This document shows positions 56,642 through 64,000 of a DNA stretch of 64,000 bases, in pieces; the stretch's first letter is position 1; each line of letters opens with the position of its first letter. Source of the DNA: Candidatus Latescibacterota bacterium (GTDB lineage: Bacteria > Latescibacterota > UBA2968); the NCBI GenBank assembly GCA_965222605.1, contig OZ244960.1, positions 1-64,000 on the forward strand, written 5' to 3'. The translations under genes and the position numbers were made by a program. The notes beneath the pieces are model-generated. The model was not told the origin of the DNA. It saw nothing but the letters and a program-made list of their open reading frames with translations, and did no database searches.

Positions 56642-57937
56642 CTAAGGATATAATCTTTGCAAAAGTCGAGGAAATGGAATAGTCTCGCGGACATGGGACA
56701 ATCCGCATATCCACGCGACTGTACGCTCAATACCCAATCCAAAACCGGAATGTGGCACCGATCCATAGTGCCTGAGGTCCAGGTACCACTGGAACGGCGC
56801 CTCGTCAAGACCGTGTTCGGCGAGCTTCTGCCGCAAGACCTCCAGATCGTCTTCGCGCTGTCCCCCACCGACGATTTCGCCATATCCTTCGGGAGCCAGC
56901 ACATCCATACACAATGCCAGTAGGGAATCTTCCGGATCCCCCTTCATATAAAAAGCTTTGCAAGCTGCTGGATACCGATGCACAATCACGGGACGATCGT
57001 GTGCATTGGCCAACACGGTTTCATCCTCAGCACCAAAATCTTCCCCCCATGTATGATCGCAACCCGCATCTTTGAGCAATTCATGTGCATCCGAATAAGA
57101 CATCCGGGGAAATGGTTTTTGCACCCGTTCTAAGGGCGCAAGGTCGCGTTGCAAGGCTACAAGCTCTGAACGACATGTTTTTAGCACGCGCTGAACAACA
57201 CAACAGATAAAGTCTTCGGCCAGGTCCATATTACCCGATAGGTCCATATAGGCCACCTCTGGCTCAATCATCCAAAACTCGGTCAAATGGCGCCGCGTCT
57301 TGGATTTCTCAGCTCGAAAAGTCGGGCCAAAACAGTACACCTTGCCAAATGCCATAGCCGCTGCTTCCATATATAGCTGGCCGCTCTGCGTCAGGTAGGC
57401 CGTCTCATCGAAATAATCGGTTTCAAAAAGCGTGCTGGTGCCTTCGCAGGACGACGGTGTAAATATTGGCGCATCAACGAGTATGAAGCCATTGTTGTCG
57501 TAATAATCTCGGCAGGCTTTGACGATTTCGGCACGCACGCTTAAAATGGCGTGCTGGCGCGATGAGCGCAGCCACAAATGGCGATGATCCATCAGAAATG
57601 CCGTGCCGTGTTCTTTAGGCGTAATCGGATAATCCTCTGCACAATGTACAATTTCGATATAGCTGACGCCAATTTCAAACCCGATGGACGAACGCGCATC
57701 GGCTCGAACCGTGCCCATCACGCGAAGAGATGATTCTTGCCCCAGGTCTGACGTCCTTTCAAAGACATCCGGTGATACATCGCCCTGAAAGACCACGCAC
57801 TGAATCGTACCAGAGCCATCTCTGACCTGAAGAAAGTGCAGTTTGCCACTTGATCGTTTGTTGTACAGCCATCCCTCGATCACAATTTCCTTGCCTTCCC
57901 ATGCACTTACGTCGTTTATCCTGATGATATCTGGCAT
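56642..57937 (-). CDS. asnS: Asparagine--tRNA ligase
   Basis: [53 protein letters not shown]. Confidence 0.95.
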   Translation of the reverse strand: MPDIIRINDVSAWEGKEIVIEGWLYNKRSSGKLHFLQVRDGSGTIQCVVFQGDVSPDVFERTSDLGQESSLRVMGTVRADARSSIGFEIGVSYIEIVHCAEDYPITPKEHGTAFLMDHRHLWLRSSRQHAILSVRAEIVKACRDYYDNNGFILVDAPIFTPSSCEGTSTLFETDYFDETAYLTQSGQLYMEAAAMAFGKVYCFGPTFRAEKSKTRRHLTEFWMIEPEVAYMDLSGNMDLAEDFICCVVQRVLKTCRSELVALQRDLAPLERVQKPFPRMSYSDAHELLKDAGCDHTWGEDFGAEDETVLANAHDRPVIVHRYPAACKAFYMKGDPEDSLLALCMDVLAPEGYGEIVGGGQREDDLEVLRQKLAEHGLDEAPFQWYLDLRHYGSVPHSGFGLGIERTVAWICGLSHVRETIPFPRLLQRLYP

Positions 57938-57954
57938 ATATCGTTCCCTGAGAG

Positions 57955-58020
57955 TAAAAACACGAAAGACGACCGGGTATTACCTGCTTGCCCACCGATC
58001 GTCTTGTTTTTTTCGTGTGT
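57955..58020 (-). terminator. Hairpin/terminator downstream of pnp
   Basis: Minus strand AAGACGATCGG...CCGGTCGTCTT followed by TCGTGTTTTT. Confidence 0.55.
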
Positions 58021-58029
58021 ATGCAAATC

Positions 58030-60147
58030 TCACGATCTTTGGGGGGGGCGTTGCCTACCCTGCTGATTTGAACCACCATCGGGTTTGTCAATAAGTACTT
58101 TGCGACTCAGTCGAATTTTGCCCTGATCGTCGATAGCGATCACTTTGACCTGAACTTTTTCGCCTTCACTGAGCACATCGTTCACCTTACGCACCCGGTG
58201 ATGTTCAAGCTCGGAAATATGGCAAAGCCCGTCCTTGCCAGGCAAAATCTCGACAAATGCGCCAAAGTCAGTGATCCTGCGCACCGTGCCTTCATAGGTT
58301 CGCCCAACTTCTGCCTCTTCTACGAGCGCCTCAACCATGCCCATTGCGGTTTCACCGGCTTGAGCGTCTAAAGAGGTGACAGTAACCAGGCCATCGTCCT
58401 CAACCGAAACCGTTGCGCCTGTCTCTTCAATGCTGCGAATGGTTTTCCCGCCCGGTCCGATAACTGCGCCAATTTTTGATGGATCAATGCGGATGGACAA
58501 AATTCGCGGTGCGTATTCCGATAAGCTCGTTCTCGGCGCGGAAACAGCTTCTTCCATAAGGTCGAGAATGTGGTTTAATGCATCTCGGGCACGGACAAAA
58601 GCCACATTGAGAATTTCAAAACTTATGCCACCGATCTTGATATCCATCTGAATCGCGGTCAGACCCGCCCGCGTTCCCGCAATTTTGAGGTCCATATCGC
58701 CCAAATGGTCTTCTTCGCCCAAAATATCAGTGAGCACCGCCCACTGCTCCCCTTCCATAACCAGCCCCACGCCAGCTCCAGCGACATGGCTTTTAATGGG
58801 CACGCCCGCATCCATCAAAGCGAGAGAACTGCCACACACCGTGGCCATTGAAGACGAACTGTTGGATTCTAAAATTTCAGAAACCAGCCGAATCGTATAT
58901 GGAAAATGGTCTTCACTCGGTACAACAGGCTCGAGTGCCTTTTCGGCCAAAACACCGTGACCGATTTCACGACGGCCGGGCGCTGCGATCCGCCCTGTTT
59001 CACCCACACTGTAGTTGGGAAAGTTGTAATCGAGCATAAAGCTCTTGAACGATTTACCTTCGAGATCGTCTACCATCCGGGTGTCCATCTTGCTGCCCAG
59101 CGTCGCAACGCACAAAGCCTGCGTCTGCCCGCGCGTGAAAATAGCAGACCCGTGTGCGCGAGGCAATATACTCAGATCGATGTCAATGGGTCGAACCTGG
59201 TTGAGGTCGCGTCCATCAATACGCTGATTTTCCGCGAGGATCATCGCGCGCATATCCTTTTTGATCAATTGATCAATTTCACTGCCAATTTCGTCATCTG
59301 CAAAGTGTTCTGCGAGTGCTTCTCGCACCTCGGTGCGAATCGCGGACAACGTCTCTGCACGCGCCATCTTATCCGGCATGCGATTGGCTGCGTGAATCTG
59401 TTCTGAAGCGCGTTCGGCAACGGCAGTAACAAGGGCTTCGTTTTCTTCGGGTTCCTCGTAAGACCGCTTGGCTTTCCCAACATTGGCAATCAGATCATCT
59501 TGTAATTCAATCAGTTGCACAATCCCTTCCTGGGCGACGCGCAGTGCTTCGACAACATCGTCATCGGGTACTTCGTGAAAATCGCCTTCAACTGAAATGA
59601 TCGACTCGCGATTGCCCGACACCATCAGGTGGATATCGCTTTCTTCGAGTTCGGAAAGTGTGGGATTGATCTTATATTCTCCACCAACCCGTCCAATGCA
59701 CACAGCTCCGATGGGGCCGTCAAACGGAATATCAGAAATGCACAGTGCAGCCGAAGCACCCGTCATTGAGAGCACCGCAGGATCGTTTTCACCATCAAAA
59801 GACAACACAGTGACATAAACCTGTATTTCAAATTGATAAGCACTGGGAAACAGGGGCCTGATTTGATGATCAATCAAACGCGCATGCAATTTTTCTGTTG
59901 TTGAAGGTGCGCCTTCTCGCTTAAAAAAACTGCCCGGAATGCGTCCACCTGCATACATTTTTTCGCGATAATCGACTTGAAGCGGAAAAAAATCAAAATC
60001 CGAAGGTCTGTTATCGGAAACGGCAGCCACCAGCACAATGGTTTCACCGTACTGCATCCACACCGCCCCATGTGACTGTTTGGCCACCCGACCCGTTTCA
60101 ATGGACAACGGACGACCAGCATATTCAAGCTCTACTTTTGCTATCAT
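58030..60147 (-). CDS. pnp: Polyribonucleotide nucleotidyltransferase
   Basis: [32 protein letters not shown] and S1 domains. Confidence 0.97.
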   Translation of the reverse strand: MIAKVELEYAGRPLSIETGRVAKQSHGAVWMQYGETIVLVAAVSDNRPSDFDFFPLQVDYREKMYAGGRIPGSFFKREGAPSTTEKLHARLIDHQIRPLFPSAYQFEIQVYVTVLSFDGENDPAVLSMTGASAALCISDIPFDGPIGAVCIGRVGGEYKINPTLSELEESDIHLMVSGNRESIISVEGDFHEVPDDDVVEALRVAQEGIVQLIELQDDLIANVGKAKRSYEEPEENEALVTAVAERASEQIHAANRMPDKMARAETLSAIRTEVREALAEHFADDEIGSEIDQLIKKDMRAMILAENQRIDGRDLNQVRPIDIDLSILPRAHGSAIFTRGQTQALCVATLGSKMDTRMVDDLEGKSFKSFMLDYNFPNYSVGETGRIAAPGRREIGHGVLAEKALEPVVPSEDHFPYTIRLVSEILESNSSSSMATVCGSSLALMDAGVPIKSHVAGAGVGLVMEGEQWAVLTDILGEEDHLGDMDLKIAGTRAGLTAIQMDIKIGGISFEILNVAFVRARDALNHILDLMEEAVSAPRTSLSEYAPRILSIRIDPSKIGAVIGPGGKTIRSIEETGATVSVEDDGLVTVTSLDAQAGETAMGMVEALVEEAEVGRTYEGTVRRITDFGAFVEILPGKDGLCHISELEHHRVRKVNDVLSEGEKVQVKVIAIDDQGKIRLSRKVLIDKPDGGSNQQGRQRPPQRS

Positions 60148-60239
60148 TCTTTCTCCTCTATTTGCCTTAAAACACATCTATCCCAGCGCTCCGACAAAAA
60201 GGCCAGAGATACGACCGACTGCTGGAATATATAAAAAAC

Positions 60240-60509
60240 TCAACCGCGAATACCCAGTGCCGCAATCAAGCCACGATAACCTTCTAAATCTACGCGCCGC
60301 AAATATCGCAACAGCCGGCGACGACGCCCAACCAGTTTGAGCAACCCGCGACGCGAGTGATGATCTTTCTTATGGGTTTGAAAGTGTTCGATCAATTGTA
60401 CAATACGCTCTGTAAGTTGAGCAACCTGGACTTGTGGCGATCCCGTATCGCCTTCTTTGCGCCCGTATTGTGCAATTAACTCGGCCTTCTTCTCCTTTGT
60501 TAATGCCAA
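60240..60509 (-). CDS. rpsO: 30S ribosomal protein S15
   Basis: [21 protein letters not shown]. Confidence 0.97.
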   Translation of the reverse strand: MALTKEKKAELIAQYGRKEGDTGSPQVQVAQLTERIVQLIEHFQTHKKDHHSRRGLLKLVGRRRRLLRYLRRVDLEGYRGLIAALGIRG

Positions 60510-61450
60510 AATTTACCTCCATAGGTATGATGCCGCGAAAGCATATCTTCCGCGGTCTGTATATCTGCTTGAATCTGTTCGATTAACGCTTCTTTGCTGC
60601 CAAATTCACGCTCGCCACGAATGCGATACCAAATCTCAAGGGGTAAAATTTTTCCATAGAGATTTTGTGAAAAATTGAGCAAATGTACTTCACAAAGCGC
60701 TGACTGCCCCCCGAATGTCGGGCGTTTGCCGTAATTGACAACGGCAATATAGGGCTGATCCAGCCTTGCAACACCAGCATAAACACCAGGCGATGGCAAG
60801 AGTTTTCCCTGCGTTTCAAACAGGAGATTGGCCGTGGGAAAACCAAGTGCTCTACCCCGCCTTTCTCCCTCTACCACACGCCCCCACAAGGGGTAAGGGT
60901 GTCCCATAAGCTGAACAACCACATCCAGGTCTCCTTCTAAGAGTGCATTGCGAATACGAGTACTGCTCACAGGTCTTTCGGCAATACACACAGCAGGTGG
61001 AGAAAAAACAGAGAACCCAAACTGTTTTCCCAACCTCTTCATCGTCTCAAACCCACCCTGACGCCCCCTTCCAAAACCGTGATCGTAACCTATAATCACA
61101 GACCTGGCACTGAGTTTATCAACCAGGAAGCATTTGACAAATGCCTCGGGAGACATCTGCCGGAGTGCATCATCGAATCCAACAACAGCCAGAATATCCA
61201 CCCCCAAAGAAGCGAGACAATGCTTTTTCTCCTCAAGCGATGTCAACACCCCGGGGGCATTGTCACCGTCGATAAACTGGCGGGGGTGTGGATCAAAAGT
61301 GACGACGATAGACGTGCCCCTACACGCCCGTGCCATATCGGTCATGGCTTTAATAACAGAGACATGCCCGATGTGAATACCGTCAAATGTTCCAACAGTG
61401 ACCACCGGATGGGCAAGCGCGATCGGTTCTTCAAGCGTTATGGTGCGCAT
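60500..61450 (-). CDS. ribF: Bifunctional riboflavin kinase/FAD synthetase
   Basis: [28 protein letters not shown]. Confidence 0.95.
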   Translation of the reverse strand: MRTITLEEPIALAHPVVTVGTFDGIHIGHVSVIKAMTDMARACRGTSIVVTFDPHPRQFIDGDNAPGVLTSLEEKKHCLASLGVDILAVVGFDDALRQMSPEAFVKCFLVDKLSARSVIIGYDHGFGRGRQGGFETMKRLGKQFGFSVFSPPAVCIAERPVSSTRIRNALLEGDLDVVVQLMGHPYPLWGRVVEGERRGRALGFPTANLLFETQGKLLPSPGVYAGVARLDQPYIAVVNYGKRPTFGGQSALCEVHLLNFSQNLYGKILPLEIWYRIRGEREFGSKEALIEQIQADIQTAEDMLSRHHTYGGKFWH

Positions 61451-61452
61451 TA

Positions 61453-62328
61453 TCAATTCTGGATCACGCGAATAGGCTTCAAGACGCCCTCGACGATATG
61501 ACCGAGACCGAGCAAAATACCCCGAGAATTTTGCACCGTTACAATATCCTGGACATCTAATAAAATATCGGTCACGGGATTGCCATTTGAAAAACGCCCT
61601 TGCTGCGCCTCTGTCAAACAAACCGAAGACAGATGGGATAAAACAGCGTGGGGATTGAGCAACATATCAGAAATACATTCTGCACGCTCGAGTTCATAAA
61701 CCGCAACACATTGTCCCAATTCAACACACCCAACCGCGGTTCTGCGAAGCGTTGATAGGTGGGCACCACATCCGAGCCGTTTACCGATGTCGTCTGCAAG
61801 CGACCGAATATAAGTGCCCTTAGAACAATGTACGTCGAGGTGCAAGAGCGGTGGTGCATAAACCGCAATATCGAGCTTATGTATGCGTACATTACGCGCG
61901 GGGCGTTCTACCTCAACACCTTTTCGGGCGAGTTCATAAAGCCTGCGCCCCCCTATGCGTATAGCCGAATACATAGGCGGAACTTGTGCAATTCGCCCCC
62001 TGAATTCGGCAACGGCGGCCTCGACTTGTGCATAATCGGTTGGAATATCCCTCGATCTGCTGGTAATCGCACCATCGGCATCGAGAGAATCGGTCGTCAT
62101 TCCCAAACGCACAACCGCGCGATATTGTTTATCGCTGTCCGTAATATAGGAACTCAGGCGCGTATAGGCCCCCAGACAGAGTAGCAAAACGCCCGTTGCC
62201 ATGGGATCAAGGGTGCCTGTGTGCCCTGCTTTTTTTATCCCAAAGTGCTTACGCACCCAACTGACGACATCTTGAGAAGTCCAGCCAGCGGGTTTGTCTA
62301 TGCCCAGAAAGCCGTTTATTGGCACCAC
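61453..62328 (-). CDS. truB: tRNA pseudouridine(55) synthase
   Basis: GHTGTLDPMATG, QVPPMYSA, CSKGTYIRSL. Confidence 0.96.
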   Translation of the reverse strand: MVPINGFLGIDKPAGWTSQDVVSWVRKHFGIKKAGHTGTLDPMATGVLLLCLGAYTRLSSYITDSDKQYRAVVRLGMTTDSLDADGAITSRSRDIPTDYAQVEAAVAEFRGRIAQVPPMYSAIRIGGRRLYELARKGVEVERPARNVRIHKLDIAVYAPPLLHLDVHCSKGTYIRSLADDIGKRLGCGAHLSTLRRTAVGCVELGQCVAVYELERAECISDMLLNPHAVLSHLSSVCLTEAQQGRFSNGNPVTDILLDVQDIVTVQNSRGILLGLGHIVEGVLKPIRVIQN

Positions 62329-62670
62329 CTATGTGTTGAGACTATTGAGCAACTGCTCGATATGCGACCCATGAGTGATGGAATCATCCCAGACAAAAAC
62401 CAACTCGGGCACATGTCGCAATTGAACGCGCTGAGCGAGCGCACGGCGCAAAAAAGACATCGCCCCCATCAGGCGTTCGAGTACCTGTGTTTGCGCCCCA
62501 GAGTCACTCATCACACTGACGTAAACCCTGGCCGTGCGCAGGTCACGAGACATCTTGACAGCCGTAATGGTGACTTCGGCAAGACCGGGGTCACGGGTTT
62601 CCATGTGCAAAATTTCACTCAGGGCAACCTGAACGGCTTTTCCCACACTTTCCTGTCGATAAGATGGCAT
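62329..62670 (-). CDS. rbfA: Ribosome-binding factor A
   Basis: RDP....VTITAVKMSRDLRTARVY, LRHVPEL.F..D.S; synteny with infB and truB. Confidence 0.93.
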   Translation of the reverse strand: MPSYRQESVGKAVQVALSEILHMETRDPGLAEVTITAVKMSRDLRTARVYVSVMSDSGAQTQVLERLMGAMSFLRRALAQRVQLRHVPELVFVWDDSITHGSHIEQLLNSLNT

Positions 62671-62671
62671 G

Positions 62672-62953
62672 TCAGAGCAACTCCAGCGAATAGTCAACCA
62701 CAATAAGGCGATCTTCGCGCTCGATTAAATCAACCACCTTTGATAACACCTGATTGGCATACCGAGAGTTGTTGGCGACTGTTGCGACACCCAATTGCGC
62801 CCTTTGCCAGCGATCATTGTCGCCCAGTTCAGAAACAGAGACATTGAATTTGTTGCGCGCGCGCGTCGTGATGCTCTTGAGCACGCTGCGTTTCTGCTTC
62901 AGCGAGGCGCATTCGGGCAAATACAGGTCGAGATGACAAAAACCAATGGTCAT
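62672..62953 (-). CDS. DUF503 (YlxP) family protein
   Basis: SLKQKRSVLKSI...KFNVSVSE; canonical position between infB and rbfA. Confidence 0.9.
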   Translation of the reverse strand: MTIGFCHLDLYLPECASLKQKRSVLKSITTRARNKFNVSVSELGDNDRWQRAQLGVATVANNSRYANQVLSKVVDLIEREDRLIVVDYSLELL

Positions 62954-63999
62954 TAGATTGTGCGAGAAGTTTCGACAAGTTCGTAAGTTTCAATGACATC
63001 GCCGACTTTGACATCGTTAAAATTTTCGATACCAATGCCGCATTCAAAACCGTTTTGCACTTCGCTAACATCATCCTTAAAACGCCGCAAGGACCCAATG
63101 CGACCTTCGTAAATAACAACGCCATCGCGCAAAACGCGCGCGTTGGTCGTGCGGTGGATGAGTCCTTGAGAAACCAGACATCCGGCAATCGTGCCGACGC
63201 GCGGCACAGGGAAAAGCTCGCGCACCTGCGCTTCGCCCTGCACATTTTCTTCAATTTTGGGTGCCAGCAATCCAGAAAGCGCAGCGCGAATGTCTTCGAC
63301 GACTTCGTAAATCACGCGATACAAACGAATATCAACGCGTTCTCGTACTGCAACCTCTCTTGCATTTGCATCGGGACGCACATTAAATCCGATGATGATG
63401 GCATCAGAGGCCGATGCGAGCAAAATGTCAGATTCGGAGATGGCACCCACAGCGCGGTGAATCACCGATAGATGCACTTCTTCGTGCTCGATTTGCAAAA
63501 GCGCGTCTTGCAGAGCCTCGACAGACCCATCGACATCGCCTTTGATAATCAGGCGCAGTTCTTCAATATTGCCCGTTTCAATCTGATTGTGAATGTCGGA
63601 CAATGATACGCGACGTATCCGATGAAATTCTTGTTCGCGCCTGAGTTGCTGCCGTTTCTGGCTGATATCGCGGGCCTCGCGCTCATTTTCAACCACATGA
63701 AATGTATCTCCCGCCTGGGGCAACCCGGCCAATCCGAGAACCTGAACCGGACGAGAAGGACCAGCAGTTGCCACAGATAGACCGCGCTCATCGAGCATTG
63801 CGCGGACACGCCCACTGAACATGCCCGTAATAAAAGGATCACCGACTTGGAGCCTGCCTTCTTGCACGAGCACTGTTGCGATATTTCCTCGTCCACGGTC
63901 GAGTTTTGACTCCACGATCGTGCCTTTGGCGCGCTTATCGGGGTTTGCCATAAGTTCGAGCATTTCGGTTTCAAGAGCCAACAGCTCGAGCAAAGCATC
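62953..63999 (-). CDS. infB: Translation initiation factor IF-2, C-terminal part (5'-partial)
   Basis: IIKGDVDGSVEAL, IIGFNVRP, SLRRFKDDVSEV..GFECGI. Confidence 0.97.
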   Translation of the reverse strand, partial: DALLELLALETEMLELMANPDKRAKGTIVESKLDRGRGNIATVLVQEGRLQVGDPFITGMFSGRVRAMLDERGLSVATAGPSRPVQVLGLAGLPQAGDTFHVVENEREARDISQKRQQLRREQEFHRIRRVSLSDIHNQIETGNIEELRLIIKGDVDGSVEALQDALLQIEHEEVHLSVIHRAVGAISESDILLASASDAIIIGFNVRPDANAREVAVRERVDIRLYRVIYEVVEDIRAALSGLLAPKIEENVQGEAQVRELFPVPRVGTIAGCLVSQGLIHRTTNARVLRDGVVIYEGRIGSLRRFKDDVSEVQNGFECGIGIENFNDVKVGDVIETYELVETSRTI

Positions 64000-64000
64000 G

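Noticed and set aside
56629-56904. N-terminal extension of LeuRS in the ORF track (likewise for acyP, ribF, PhyH-like, lptA-like)
   Set aside because: It overlaps the upstream gene; a downstream start with an RBS or normal family length explains the gene.
1-64000. CRISPR array, prophage, integrase, rRNA
   Set aside because: No regularly spaced repeat-spacer array, phage structural genes, recombinase or rRNA-like sequence was seen.

Overview
This is mostly core chromosome of a diderm bacterium. The Lpt genes, TonB, a GWxTD protein and an FlgD/T9SS-like C-terminal domain suggest an FCB-group lineage such as Latescibacterota (inference). The window probably spans the replication terminus: a 28-bp dif-like site lies at 52019-52046 in an AT-rich gap, KOPS-type GGGNAGGG octamers point toward it, and gene orientation converges there. 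From left to right: (i) an FAD/Fe-S oxidoreductase, acylphosphatase, apt, a 149-bp MITE-like insert and tRNA-Arg(CCT); (ii) a decaying accessory islet (3.1-10.1 kb) with a dead IS3, sulfatase fragments, NIPSNAP, a TPP enzyme, a truncated PhyH-like gene, a 431-bp IS3-end-bounded mini-element carrying an XRE gene, and an SDR; (iii) a CYTH-CHAD-ParA operon; (iv) tonB divergent from lipoprotein/TPR/GWxTD genes; (v) ruvX-mltG-pcrA-gatC-pyrG-lptCAB-MOSC-rpoN; (vi) a five-lamin-tail-domain secreted protein behind a consensus sigma54 promoter, HU and fdhD; (vii) a six-gene hybrid ABC/RND operon; (viii) dif plus an adjacent HTH/coiled-coil gene, gcvT, and the minus-strand infB...pnp-asnS-leuS block. 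The best candidate for an undescribed system is the hybrid operon. One RND pump is fused to an intact ABC ATPase that carries a membrane insertion, and one ABC permease is fused to an M1 pseudo-peptidase and a golvesin-like domain. All calls are by eye from motifs; no database search was run.
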